From positions 23,676 through 87,675 of the forward strand of contig CACNNQ010000003.1 in NCBI GenBank assembly GCA_902621855.1: a DNA stretch of 64,000 bases, in the 5' to 3' direction. Source of the DNA: an uncultured Alphaproteobacteria bacterium. Its GTDB lineage: Bacteria; Pseudomonadota; Alphaproteobacteria; HIMB59; GCA-002718135. The translations under genes and the position numbers were made by a program. Numbering within the stretch: the first letter of the stretch is position 1; every line of letters begins with the position of its first letter. Positions 50,327-60,235 of this stretch are shown here, piece after piece. Under the pieces are notes generated by a model. The model saw nothing but the letters and a program-made list of their open reading frames with translations, made no database searches and had not been told where the DNA came from.

Positions 50327-51580
50327 TTACATAAGATCGTTTATTTCTTCCATCATTTCTTCTTGGAGATCACCCATATCATCAGCGTCGCCTGTAGCAA
50401 TTTCTTCTGTGTAATCATAGATTACCTGTGTAACAGCTAATCCATTTTCTCCAGGATATGCAAACCAATCTGCAAGAAGTGGAAGTTGTTCAACTGCAGT
50501 AAGTTTATTAGGGTTTTTACTATAGAAATCACCTAATAATTCATTCGCTGCTTTGTTTGGTGGAACATATCCAGTTGTTTCAGCAACTAATGCAGCACCG
50601 ATACCTGATGTAATGAACTTTAAGAAAGTCCATGCAGCATCAACTCTTGCTGGATCATCAGATGTAGACACTAACATTGCAGCGTTTCCACCTGCTGGTA
50701 ATCTTGCTGGTGTTCCATTGTTAACTCCAGCCATTCCAGGGAATGGTGCAGTTTTTAAAACAAAGTCTGCCTTTGCAGCATTAACTGAACCCAAGCTTGA
50801 AGTAGACCAGAACATCATACCAATAGTACCTGCGTTAAACGCAGCTTGACCATCAGCAATTGAATAGTTTGGCATATTACATCCGCTCATGATTGCTTTC
50901 ATTTGCTCTAACGTTGCAAGTCCTGCATCACCACCCATATTTACAGCTCCATCTTTAACCATTGGAACATTCTGAGTGTGCATTAATGCTTGGTGGAACC
51001 AGTTACCTGTGATGTTCCAACCAAAGTATAGAGTTCCTTTACCTGCTGCTTCCAATTTATTACATGCTGCAATAACTTCGTCCCAGTTAGTTGGAATACT
51101 ATTTACACCTGCTTCAGCTAATAAATCCATGTTATAATATCCAACTGGCGTTGATACAGAAAATGGTAATCCATAAACTTCACCACCAAATGTTGAAAGA
51201 CTTAACATAGCAGAATGGTAACCATCTTTTTCAAAAGCAGCTTCTTTTGCAATAAATGGCTCTAAAGACTTAGCAATACCTTTGTCAACTAGAGGTGCTT
51301 GTCTGTTAAGACCTTGCATAGTTACATCTGGTAAATTACCTGAAGTAGACTCTCTGAAGATTGTTGCAGTTGCATCCTCATAGTTTTCATAAGTTGCTCT
51401 AAATTTAACTTGAATATCTGGATGTGCTTTTTCAAACTCTGGCATAATAGCTTGAAACGTTACATCGAATAATCCTGAATAAGGATAAGCTACTTCTATT
51501 TCAATAGACTTAGCTGAATTAACAGAACCATAAAAACCAAAAGCTAATACGGCAGCCAATCCTGTAATTAATTTTTTCAT
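50327..51580 (-). CDS. CUT1 solute-binding protein (family 1), probable phosphonate substrate
   Basis: Signal peptide, YGLPFSVSTPVGYYN, PAGGNA, TGYVPPN; GGAGGG RBS; sits between phnY and the metE-like gene. Confidence 0.85.
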   Translation of the reverse strand: MKKLITGLAAVLAFGFYGSVNSAKSIEIEVAYPYSGLFDVTFQAIMPEFEKAHPDIQVKFRATYENYEDATATIFRESTSGNLPDVTMQGLNRQAPLVDKGIAKSLEPFIAKEAAFEKDGYHSAMLSLSTFGGEVYGLPFSVSTPVGYYNMDLLAEAGVNSIPTNWDEVIAACNKLEAAGKGTLYFGWNITGNWFHQALMHTQNVPMVKDGAVNMGGDAGLATLEQMKAIMSGCNMPNYSIADGQAAFNAGTIGMMFWSTSSLGSVNAAKADFVLKTAPFPGMAGVNNGTPARLPAGGNAAMLVSTSDDPARVDAAWTFLKFITSGIGAALVAETTGYVPPNKAANELLGDFYSKNPNKLTAVEQLPLLADWFAYPGENGLAVTQVIYDYTEEIATGDADDMGDLQEEMMEEINDLM

Positions 51581-51632
51581 TTAATCCCTCCGATTCAAAT
51601 ATAATAATTAATCTAACACGTAGCCTCAAAGG

Positions 51633-51661
51633 GTTACAATTTTATTACGAAAATATTACTA
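51633..51661 (-). promoter_or_regulatory. Pho-box array upstream of the SBP-metE-like-Fe-ADH-MTase operon
   Basis: TAGTAAT-attt-TCGTAAT-aaaa-TTGTAAC. Confidence 0.7.
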
Positions 51662-51716
51662 AAAAATAAGCTTATTTTTCCACAGAAATAAAAAAATTAG
51701 AGAAAAACTGGTTTAT

Positions 51717-53159
51717 TTACCAAGGTAGCGAAAAGGTTTTTACATTAGTAAAACTTTTCATTGCTTCAATAACACCCTCTTTGTAACCAAGACCTGAATC
51801 TTTAATTCCTCCAAAAGGAGACATTTCAATTCTATAACCTGGAACCTCCCAAATATTTACAGTGCCAACATTTAAACCTTGAATATATTTTTTTGCTCGC
51901 ATGAAGTTATTTGTACATACACCAGATGATAATCCGAATGCGGTTGAATTAGATATTTTCATTACAGCTTCATCGTCATTAGGCACACGAATGATTGGGA
52001 TAACTGGACCAAATGTTTCTTCTAAAACTAATTCACTTTTAGGATCAACATGATCTACAACTATTGGAGGTAACAAAGCGCCCTTTCTTCCAGGGTGATA
52101 TAAAATTTTTGCGCCGTCTTCTTCAGCCATAGAAACTCTTTTATCAAAAAGTTCTGCAGCTTGAGCATTAACAACTGTACCTAAGTCTGTTTCCATATTC
52201 ATAGGATCACCAAATTTAATTTTCTTAGCACGCTCAAGAGCCATTTCAACAAATTGATCTGCAATAGATTCTTGAACCAGTATTCTTTTAACAGCTGTAC
52301 AACGTTGACCAGAATTTTTCGTTGCTCCCGTAACAGCTAGCTCAACAGCTTTTTTAAGATCATCAGCATCTAAGTCATTTAAAACAATTAATGGATCATT
52401 ACCACCTAGCTCAAGAACTGTTCTTTTGTATCCAGCTTGTTCAGCAATTAATTTTCCTACACCTACACTACCTGTAAAAGTAATGAGATCAATATTTGGA
52501 TTCTTGACCATTTCTGATCCGATATCTTGAGGCCATCCAGTTACAACTGAAAACATTTCTGGTGGCAGACCTGCTTCATATAAAACATCAGCGAGTACCA
52601 TTGCTGTTAAAGGTGTTAATTCTGTCTGCTTACATACTGTACAATTATTAGTTGCAATTGAAGGAGCAATTTTATGCGCTACCATATTCAAAGGGTGATT
52701 AAATGGAGTGATTGCTGAAATTGCCGTTAAGGGCTCTCTTATGGTAAATATTTTTCTCGCTTTTCCATGTGGAGTTAAATCACAAGAAAATATTTCTCCA
52801 TCATCAAGAATACAAAGTTGAGCCGTTAATGAAAATACATCAAAAGCTCTTCCTACTTCGTATAGAGAATCTTGTTTTGAAATACCAAGTTCTAAAGTAA
52901 TAATATCAGAAATTTCTTCTTTTCTTTTAACAAGTACTTCTGCAGCAGTTTGAAGAATTTTTTGTCTCTCGTATCTTGTAAGTTTAGGTTGGTAATTTGC
53001 AGCAATATCTAAAGCCTTTCTTGCATGCTCTGCAGTACCGGCAGGAACAGTTCCGATTACTTCACCTGTAAAAGGGTACTCAACATTTATTGTTTTACCT
53101 GAAGTAACTTTTTCTCCAGCAATACGCATTGCTTCATTAATCATTTTTTTGTGCATCAT
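51717..53159 (-). CDS. phnY: Phosphonoacetaldehyde dehydrogenase (NAD-dependent)
   Basis: [50 protein letters not shown]; coupled to phnA. Confidence 0.93.
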   Translation of the reverse strand: MMHKKMINEAMRIAGEKVTSGKTINVEYPFTGEVIGTVPAGTAEHARKALDIAANYQPKLTRYERQKILQTAAEVLVKRKEEISDIITLELGISKQDSLYEVGRAFDVFSLTAQLCILDDGEIFSCDLTPHGKARKIFTIREPLTAISAITPFNHPLNMVAHKIAPSIATNNCTVCKQTELTPLTAMVLADVLYEAGLPPEMFSVVTGWPQDIGSEMVKNPNIDLITFTGSVGVGKLIAEQAGYKRTVLELGGNDPLIVLNDLDADDLKKAVELAVTGATKNSGQRCTAVKRILVQESIADQFVEMALERAKKIKFGDPMNMETDLGTVVNAQAAELFDKRVSMAEEDGAKILYHPGRKGALLPPIVVDHVDPKSELVLEETFGPVIPIIRVPNDDEAVMKISNSTAFGLSSGVCTNNFMRAKKYIQGLNVGTVNIWEVPGYRIEMSPFGGIKDSGLGYKEGVIEAMKSFTNVKTFSLPW

Positions 53160-54397
53160 AGGGCTCCATTTATTGCATAATAAAATGCATCATAGTTATA
53201 TAATTGTTTGCTAGTATCTAAGTTTTGTAATTTTAAATTTGATATGAATGGAACTTCTCTTTCATGGAGTCCTCCATGAGAACGTAAAGGTTCATTTAAT
53301 CCAGAAAGATTATGTTTATCTTCCGATGAACCAATAGTCATAAATTCTGAAGACATACATATAATATCCCCCATTCTATCAGGAGGTAAATTATAAGTAG
53401 AACATCCTTCATCTTTTGTTAAAACAACTTCTATATCTTTTATTTCTTGAATAGCGTTTACAACTAAATCAACCTTGCTCTTGTCTTCTAAATAAATTGT
53501 TGCAAAAGAACCAAGTGAACCATGATGAACGACATATGGATCTGTAATTGGTAGGATGACTTTAGCCATGTTTGGTTCAAATTTTTTATCTAAATAATCT
53601 TGTAAAAATATTGCATTAGGTGAGCCATCTTCTTTTGATTTTGGTTTCATACCGTGATCTGCTGTGATGATTATAGAAACATTCTCCTTATTTAAAAGAC
53701 CAATATATTTATCAAACATTGCATAAAATTTATTTGCTGTTTCATTTCCTGGTGCATATTTGTGTTGAATATAATCTGTAGTCGATAAATACATGATATT
53801 TGGTTTGAACTCTTCAAGAAGCTTTACACCTGCAGCCATTACAAATTCAGAAAGTCCTTCAGAATATACTTCTGGCACTGGCATCCCCAACCAATCGTTT
53901 ACATTATCTATACCATTGAGATCTTTTGTTGCTTGATCAGATTTTTCAGCAGAAAAACAAATAGCTCTCTCATCATCAAAACTTAATCCGTTTCCTAAAA
54001 GTGTTCTCAACTTGTCTTTTGCAGTAACAAGAGCAATTTTAGAACCAGAATTGTAAAATTTTTCAAAAATAGTTGGTGCTCGCATATATTTTGGGTCATT
54101 CATCATTACTTCTTCACCCGTCTCAGGTGTATAAAAGAAGTTTCCGCATATACCGTGTACAGAACTTGGTTGGCCTGTCACAATCGAAATATTATTAGGA
54201 TTTGTAAAACTTGGAATAGCACTGTGAACTAGTAGATTTTCACCACTTGCAATTAATTTATCAAGATTTGGTGTAAGGTTAGATTTTGATGCTTCTTCGA
54301 GATACTCTTTTTGACTACCATCAAGGCATATAACAATAGCAGTTTTTGAGAAAGAGCTTGGATATTCTCTATTATTAATTTCTAAATTATCGGACAC
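53156..54397 (-). CDS. phnA: Phosphonoacetate hydrolase
   Basis: [51 protein letters not shown]. Confidence 0.95.
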   Translation of the reverse strand: MSDNLEINNREYPSSFSKTAIVICLDGSQKEYLEEASKSNLTPNLDKLIASGENLLVHSAIPSFTNPNNISIVTGQPSSVHGICGNFFYTPETGEEVMMNDPKYMRAPTIFEKFYNSGSKIALVTAKDKLRTLLGNGLSFDDERAICFSAEKSDQATKDLNGIDNVNDWLGMPVPEVYSEGLSEFVMAAGVKLLEEFKPNIMYLSTTDYIQHKYAPGNETANKFYAMFDKYIGLLNKENVSIIITADHGMKPKSKEDGSPNAIFLQDYLDKKFEPNMAKVILPITDPYVVHHGSLGSFATIYLEDKSKVDLVVNAIQEIKDIEVVLTKDEGCSTYNLPPDRMGDIICMSSEFMTIGSSEDKHNLSGLNEPLRSHGGLHEREVPFISNLKLQNLDTSKQLYNYDAFYYAINGAL

Positions 54398-54475
54398 GAT
54401 TTCAACTAATATATATTATTAAAAATACGAATTTATAGTTATCTGCTAGTTAAACTCAATCATAATTTGAATATT

Positions 54476-54504
54476 TGTTAATAAAATTGAAATAAAACTG
54501 AAAT
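54476..54504 (+). promoter_or_regulatory. Pho-box-like array upstream of the ABC ATPase operon
   Basis: TGTTAAT-aaaa-TTGAAAT-aaaa-CTGAAAT, then TAAAAT 9 nt downstream. Confidence 0.6.
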
Positions 54505-54573
54505 AAATAGATTTAAAATATTCTCAAATTTAATAAAATTTTGTAGATTAAAATTAAGATACAGGGGGAATGA

Positions 54574-55707
54574 GTGGGGACAATATCACTTAAAAATATT
54601 TCAAAATCATTTGGGCCTACACAAGTACTTAATAATTTGAATGTTGATATAAACGATGGAGAATTCTTAACATTAGTTGGTCCATCTGGTTGTGGTAAAT
54701 CTACGTTACTTAGAATTATTGCAGGATTGGAACAGCAGACTTCAGGTGATGTATTAATAGATAATAAAAATGTAAATAAAGTTAGAGCCAGTAAAAGAGA
54801 TTTGGCAATGGTCTTCCAATCATATGCTCTTTATCCTCATCTCACAGTAAGAAGAAATTTAGAAACTCCATTAAGACTAAGAGACTATAATGCATTTGAA
54901 AGACTACCATTAATCGGTAATTTTTCTCCAAGCAAAAAAGAGAAAACAGAATCTATAAATCAATTAGTAAATAAAACTTCTGAAACTCTAAAAATTTCAG
55001 AACTATTAGATAGAAAACCTGGACAATTGTCAGGCGGTCAAAGACAAAGAGTTGCTCTTGGTCGTGCTATGGTTAGAGAGCCTGTTGCCTTTTTAATGGA
55101 TGAACCTCTTTCAAATTTAGATGCGGCTTTGAGAGTTCATATGCGATCTGAACTATCTGAACTTCATAATTCACTTAAAACTACTTTTGTATATGTAACA
55201 CATGATCAAGCAGAAGCATTAACTATGTCTTCTCGAATGGCTGTTATGATTGATGGAAATTTATTACAGCTAGATACACCTCAAGAAGTATATGACAATC
55301 CTTCCTCATTAAGTGTAGCTCAATTTGTTGGAAGTCCAAAAATAAATATATTTAAAGGAACTGCGGACTCTGGTGGGACGGTAAGTTTTCTCAACGTTAA
55401 TCTTAAAAGAAAAAGTTCTGAAAGTAATACAGATTTACATATTGGTATTCGACCAGAACATTTAGAAATTACAAATGAAAGTAATGAAAATACATTTAGT
55501 GGAACGGTTGCATATAGAGAAAATTTAGGTTCAGATATTTTCTTTCATGTAAATATTGAAGACGGTTCAAATAAAATAATTGTAAGAGGCTTACCACAAT
55601 TTACACACCAAATTTCAAATGGTTCTAGTGTAAATATAAAAAGAGTTTCAGATAAAGCATTACTATTTAATCAAGCAGGAATGAGGGTTCAATTTACTAA
55701 TGCATAA
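54574..55707 (+). CDS. CUT1 ABC ATPase (UgpC/MalK-like)
   Basis: [39 protein letters not shown]; TOBE domain. Confidence 0.93.
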   Translation: MGTISLKNISKSFGPTQVLNNLNVDINDGEFLTLVGPSGCGKSTLLRIIAGLEQQTSGDVLIDNKNVNKVRASKRDLAMVFQSYALYPHLTVRRNLETPLRLRDYNAFERLPLIGNFSPSKKEKTESINQLVNKTSETLKISELLDRKPGQLSGGQRQRVALGRAMVREPVAFLMDEPLSNLDAALRVHMRSELSELHNSLKTTFVYVTHDQAEALTMSSRMAVMIDGNLLQLDTPQEVYDNPSSLSVAQFVGSPKINIFKGTADSGGTVSFLNVNLKRKSSESNTDLHIGIRPEHLEITNESNENTFSGTVAYRENLGSDIFFHVNIEDGSNKIIVRGLPQFTHQISNGSSVNIKRVSDKALLFNQAGMRVQFTNA

Positions 55708-56656
55708 TTCAAAAGCTCACATATGGTTTATTGCACCAGCAATCATACTGATGATAATTATTTTAATTTTTCCTCTTTTTCTTGCAGGAGGAATTTCTTT
55801 TACTGACTATAATTTAGGAAACAAAACATTCGAGTGGGTTGGACTAGAAAATTATGACAAAATGTTCAATCGAAAAACATATGTCAAAATGATTTGGGCC
55901 ACAGCAACGTATGTTATTGTTGTCGTTCCAATTTCTGTTGTACTTGGATTATGTGCTGCTATGCTCTTAAATTCACTAAGGTTTGGCGCTGATATATATA
56001 AAACAATTTTCTTTCTTCCAGTTATGGCAACTCTTCTTGCCATGGCAATTGCATGGGAATTTACTCTTCATCCAACATTAGGAATTGTAAATAGTTTTTT
56101 AGCAAATGGGTGTGGAGGAGTTAGAGAATTCATTCTTGGTTTTCATTGGTTACCTTGGGTAGACTCACAAGAAAGCTGGTATGCTGTAGCATGTGCAAAC
56201 AACATGGATTTTCCATATTGGTTAAAACAAAAAAATACTGCGATTTGGACAGTATGTTTCATAGGAATTTGGCAGGCTTTTGGTTTTAACATGGTTTTAT
56301 ATTTGGCTGGTTTAACAAGTATACCAAGAGAGTTATACCAAGCTGCAGAAATGGATGGAGCTAAATCTACTTGGGAGCAATTTAAACTTGTTACATGGCC
56401 AATGCTTGGTCCAACAACGTTGTTTGTTGTGACTATTACTACCATTAGAACGTTTCAAGTATTTGATACCATCGAAATTCTTACTAAGGGTGGTCCGTCA
56501 AAAACAACGTATGTCATGATGTATGCAATCTTTGAAAAAGCTATTCAACAAAACTTAACAAGTATCGGTGCAGCAATCACTGTTGTCTTTATTGGATTTA
56601 TTCTTGTGTTAACGTTTTTCCAAAGATATGTCATTGAGAAGAGGGTTCATTATTAA
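55700..56656 (+). CDS. CUT1 ABC permease
   Basis: VGLENY, LAGLTSIPRELYQAAEMDGA, LTKGGP. Confidence 0.9.
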   Translation: MHNSKAHIWFIAPAIILMIIILIFPLFLAGGISFTDYNLGNKTFEWVGLENYDKMFNRKTYVKMIWATATYVIVVVPISVVLGLCAAMLLNSLRFGADIYKTIFFLPVMATLLAMAIAWEFTLHPTLGIVNSFLANGCGGVREFILGFHWLPWVDSQESWYAVACANNMDFPYWLKQKNTAIWTVCFIGIWQAFGFNMVLYLAGLTSIPRELYQAAEMDGAKSTWEQFKLVTWPMLGPTTLFVVTITTIRTFQVFDTIEILTKGGPSKTTYVMMYAIFEKAIQQNLTSIGAAITVVFIGFILVLTFFQRYVIEKRVHY

Positions 56657-57549
56657 TGGAAGCTAAACAATATATTGGGGAAGGTTGGAAGCATGCAATC
56701 TTAATTATTGGTGCTATCGTAGTGATGCTCCCTTTTTATATGATGGTTTCAATGTCATTAAAATCTCAGCAAGAAATCCAATCAATTTCTGGTGGTCTCA
56801 TTGGTGCGCAAGAAACTCAAACGTTTCCCGTATGTGTTAAAACTGGCTATTCAGAAGAAACATGTACAATGAAGCCATATCAATACAACTATTGGTTTGC
56901 TTTTGAAAAAGCTCCTATTCCTAGATACTTAATGAATGGTGTCATTGTTACTTTATCAATCTTCATTATTCAGGTTCTAGTCGCCTTACCATGCGCGTAT
57001 GCACTTGCCAAGTTACGGTTTTACGGACGAGAATTTGTTTTCTCGATGGTTTTGTTTTGCTTGCTCATTCCAGTTCACGGAATCGCGCTTCCATTATATG
57101 TTATGTTGGCTCAGGCAGGATTAGTTGACACCTATTCCGCCTTAATACTCCCCTGGACCATATCGGTGTTTGGAATTTTTTTAATGCGGCAATTTTTTAT
57201 GACTGTGCCCGATGAATTAATTGATGCCGCCAGGATGGACGGAATGGGAGAGTACGCAATTGTATGGAAAGTAATGCTTCCAACTGCAATACCAGCGTTA
57301 CTTGCTTTTGCAATATTCTCAGTTGTTGCACACTGGAATGATTATTTCTGGCCTCGTATGGTAATAACAGGAAATAGAGATCTCTTTACTCCGCCGCTTG
57401 GCATAAGAGAATTCAGAGGTGGAATTGATAGTGACGAATTTGGTCCTATGATGGCTTCGATAGTTACAGTAACTGTTCCTCTTATTGTTGCTTTTATAAT
57501 CGCACAAAAACGATTTATTGAAGGAATTACTTTGACAGGCATGAAGTAA
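56656..57549 (+). CDS. CUT1 ABC permease
   Basis: AYALAKLRF, VPDELIDAARMDG, WNDYFWP, QKRFIEG. Confidence 0.9.
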   Translation: MEAKQYIGEGWKHAILIIGAIVVMLPFYMMVSMSLKSQQEIQSISGGLIGAQETQTFPVCVKTGYSEETCTMKPYQYNYWFAFEKAPIPRYLMNGVIVTLSIFIIQVLVALPCAYALAKLRFYGREFVFSMVLFCLLIPVHGIALPLYVMLAQAGLVDTYSALILPWTISVFGIFLMRQFFMTVPDELIDAARMDGMGEYAIVWKVMLPTAIPALLAFAIFSVVAHWNDYFWPRMVITGNRDLFTPPLGIREFRGGIDSDEFGPMMASIVTVTVPLIVAFIIAQKRFIEGITLTGMK

Positions 57550-57563
57550 ATTCTTATCTACTG

Positions 57564-58412
57564 ATGACATTGTCAGTAAATTTTATTTTTATCTTAATTC
57601 TTGTTTCTGCTTTATGTCATGCAGTTTGGAGTGCTATAATAAAATCAAGTAAGAACCCTTTATCGTTAATGGGTATAACATCTGTCTTAGAAGTTACTAT
57701 TTTTTTACCTTTAACATTTACTGTTACATTTCCAACTTTAGAGGTTTGGTATTTTTTAATTGCAACCGTAATCATTCATGTCTTCTACAGACTAAATGTT
57801 ATCTACTCATATAGGTACGGTGATCTCTCTTACATATATCCAATTTCTAGAGGAAGTTCATGTTTGTTTGTAGCGATCATTAGTATTTTATTTTTAAGTT
57901 CTGATATTAGTTTTGCTGGTTTTGTTGGAATATTAATTGTTTGTATTGGATTATTTTTAATTTCTTATTCTAAAAATTTATCTTTTAACTTTAGAGGTTT
58001 TGCTCTCGCAATATCAACGGCTATTCTAATTACTGCTTACACTTTAGTTGACGGGGTCGGGGTTAGACTTGCTGAAAATGGTTTTTCCTATATTTACTGG
58101 CTCTTCACACTTAATGGAATACCTTTACTAATTATCGGTTTGATCTCTAAAGATGGTTTACGAAAAAGAGAAACATACACTTTTAGATCTGGGATTGCTG
58201 CTGGTGTCTTTGCAACAAGTAGTTACGCAATTGTTGTTTGGAGTATGCAATTTATAGAAATAGCTTATGTCTCTAGTATTAGAGAGATAAGCATTGTGTT
58301 TGCTGCAATTATTGGAATGCTTTTCTTATTTGAGAAAAATGCAAAATCTCGAATAATACCCTCTATTTTAATAGTGAGTGGTATTTCGGTTGTTTATTTT
58401 CAAATTCTATAA
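57564..58412 (+). CDS. EamA/DMT-family transporter
   Basis: SALCHAVW, YGDLSYIYPISRG, YTLVDG, SSIREISIVF. Confidence 0.85.
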   Translation: MTLSVNFIFILILVSALCHAVWSAIIKSSKNPLSLMGITSVLEVTIFLPLTFTVTFPTLEVWYFLIATVIIHVFYRLNVIYSYRYGDLSYIYPISRGSSCLFVAIISILFLSSDISFAGFVGILIVCIGLFLISYSKNLSFNFRGFALAISTAILITAYTLVDGVGVRLAENGFSYIYWLFTLNGIPLLIIGLISKDGLRKRETYTFRSGIAAGVFATSSYAIVVWSMQFIEIAYVSSIREISIVFAAIIGMLFLFEKNAKSRIIPSILIVSGISVVYFQIL

Positions 58413-58456
58413 GGGAAAAATATAGACTTTTTGCACGAAAATTTTATATGAATTTT

Positions 58457-58618
58457 ATGACTGAGGATATTGTAGAAGTAGATCCAAAAACCGAAACTAT
58501 CTCTTGCGATGGTGGTGAAGATGGTTTAGGACATCCCGCAGTTTATTATACCTTTAATAATGAGAACAAAATTGTTTGTGGTTATTGTGGTAAAATATTT
58601 ATAAAAAAAGAAGAGTAG
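58457..58618 (+). CDS. zf-CHCC zinc-finger protein (53 aa, below the ORF-track cutoff)
   Basis: Hand translation: MTEDIVEVDPKTETISCDGGEDGLGHPAVYYTFNNENKIVCGYCGKIFIKKEE*. Confidence 0.88.
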   Translation: MTEDIVEVDPKTETISCDGGEDGLGHPAVYYTFNNENKIVCGYCGKIFIKKEE

Positions 58619-58620
58619 AA

Positions 58621-58974
58621 ATGTACAAAGAATCTTGGGGTCAAAAAAGAATTTGTCCAATGTGTAGCAAACAATACTACGACCTGGGAAGAACAGAACT
58701 GGAATGTCCAGAATGTGGTAAACTAATTGAAGTAACCACAATGACCAGACCAAGACGTGGTAGAAAACCTGGTAGTACTAATGCTGCCCCTCTAACAAAT
58801 CCTATTCCTGCAAAACCAAAAGAAAAAGATGACGATCTTGATATCGATAATTTGGATTTGGATAACAACGAAGATAATCTTGAGGATGATACTGTTTTAT
58901 TAGAAGACGAAACAGAAATTGATCCAATAGCCGAAGGTATTAAGCCTAAAGAAGACGGCGAAGAAGAATACTAA
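58621..58974 (+). CDS. FYDLN-acid (TIGR02300-like) zinc-ribbon protein
   Basis: WGQKRICPMC..YYDL...CPECG followed by an acidic tail. Confidence 0.85.
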   Translation: MYKESWGQKRICPMCSKQYYDLGRTELECPECGKLIEVTTMTRPRRGRKPGSTNAAPLTNPIPAKPKEKDDDLDIDNLDLDNNEDNLEDDTVLLEDETEIDPIAEGIKPKEDGEEEY

Positions 58975-58996
58975 AATTTTAATATAAATTTAGAAG

Positions 58997-60235
58997 ATGT
59001 TTAAGGTACTACAAAACACTTGGGCCCTTTTTTTTGGCTTTGCTTTAATTAGTCTTGGTCACGGTTTGCAAGGAACACTAATCGGTGTTCGTTCTGTTTT
59101 AGAAGGTTTTAGTTTTTTTGCATCAGGACTTATTATAGCTGGTTATTACGTTGGATACTTAACTGGCGCATTAACAATTCCAATATTTTTACAACGTGTT
59201 GGTCATATAAGAGTTTTTGCAGCTTTAGCATCGCTTGCCTCTATCGCTATATTATTACACTCAGTATTTGTGCATCCTTATTCATGGATGTTTATACGAA
59301 TATTAACTGGTTTAAGTCTTGCTGGAATTTATGTGATTATGGAGAGCTGGTTGAATGAAAAATCAACTAATCAAACTCGCGGTCAATTACTTTCCGTTTA
59401 CATGATTATTACTTTTGTATTTGTTGGAGCAGGACAATTTTTATTAAATTTAGGTGATCCTGCTAAAGTTGATTTATTTATTTTAGTATCAATCTTATTA
59501 TCATTCGCACTTCTTCCTATTCTTTTATCTTCAACAGAACAACCTAATACAGAAAGTCCTAAATTTTTTTCTTTAAGAGAATTTTATACTGTTTCACCTT
59601 TAGGTTTTGTTGGCGCCTTAGCAACTGGTTTATCGCATAGTGCGGTTTTTGGGTACGGTGCAATTTATGCATCATCTATTAATTTAAGCTTATTTGAAAT
59701 TTCTCTGTATATGATGATTATAACGTCAGCTGGCGCCCTATCTCAATGGCCTATTGGGTATTTGTCAGATAGAATTGATAGACGTATTATTCTTATTGGT
59801 GTTTCTTTTCTGGCTTCAGGTTTGAGTTTATTTTTTGTTTTTGAAAACTTTATGCCACTAACATTGTTCTTAATTTTTACTGGTCTTTTTTCAGTTGCAT
59901 GTTTACCAATGTATTCACTTACCGTTGCTCATACAAATGACTTCTTACAACCTAATGAGATAGTATCAGCAAGTGCAACCTTTGGTATACTTATTGGTAT
60001 TGGATCAATTATCGGACCTTTGTTTGTTTCTGGATCCATGGAAATTTTAGGAGCGGTAGGTTTTTATATTTATTTATTTTTAATACACGGACTACTAGGA
60101 CTGTTTGGTTTGTATAGAATGACACAAAGAACTAAACCCCGTGATCTTGAATCACAATACAACCCTTTACCACGAAATATTAGTCCTGCCGGTATGGAAA
60201 TGAACCCCGTTACTGAGCCAACTGAGGACGAGTAA
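58997..60235 (+). CDS. MFS transporter (YcaD-like)
   Basis: RVGHIRVFA, ESWLNE, QWPIGYLSDRIDRR, AHTND. Confidence 0.88.
   Translation: MFKVLQNTWALFFGFALISLGHGLQGTLIGVRSVLEGFSFFASGLIIAGYYVGYLTGALTIPIFLQRVGHIRVFAALASLASIAILLHSVFVHPYSWMFIRILTGLSLAGIYVIMESWLNEKSTNQTRGQLLSVYMIITFVFVGAGQFLLNLGDPAKVDLFILVSILLSFALLPILLSSTEQPNTESPKFFSLREFYTVSPLGFVGALATGLSHSAVFGYGAIYASSINLSLFEISLYMMIITSAGALSQWPIGYLSDRIDRRIILIGVSFLASGLSLFFVFENFMPLTLFLIFTGLFSVACLPMYSLTVAHTNDFLQPNEIVSASATFGILIGIGSIIGPLFVSGSMEILGAVGFYIYLFLIHGLLGLFGLYRMTQRTKPRDLESQYNPLPRNISPAGMEMNPVTEPTEDE

Larger units (their letters stand above)
20813..58412. other. Phosphorus-acquisition genomic island (approximate limits)
   Basis: Continuous block of Pho regulon, polyP, lipid remodelling, arsenic and phosphonate genes between murJ and the zf-CHCC/FYDLN genes. 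No integrase seen; the right boundary is uncertain. Confidence 0.7.

Noticed and set aside
58975-58996. tRNA-Ala often found after the FYDLN gene, as a possible island attachment site
   Set aside because: Only 22 bp separate the FYDLN and MFS genes; no tRNA-like sequence was seen here or elsewhere in the window.
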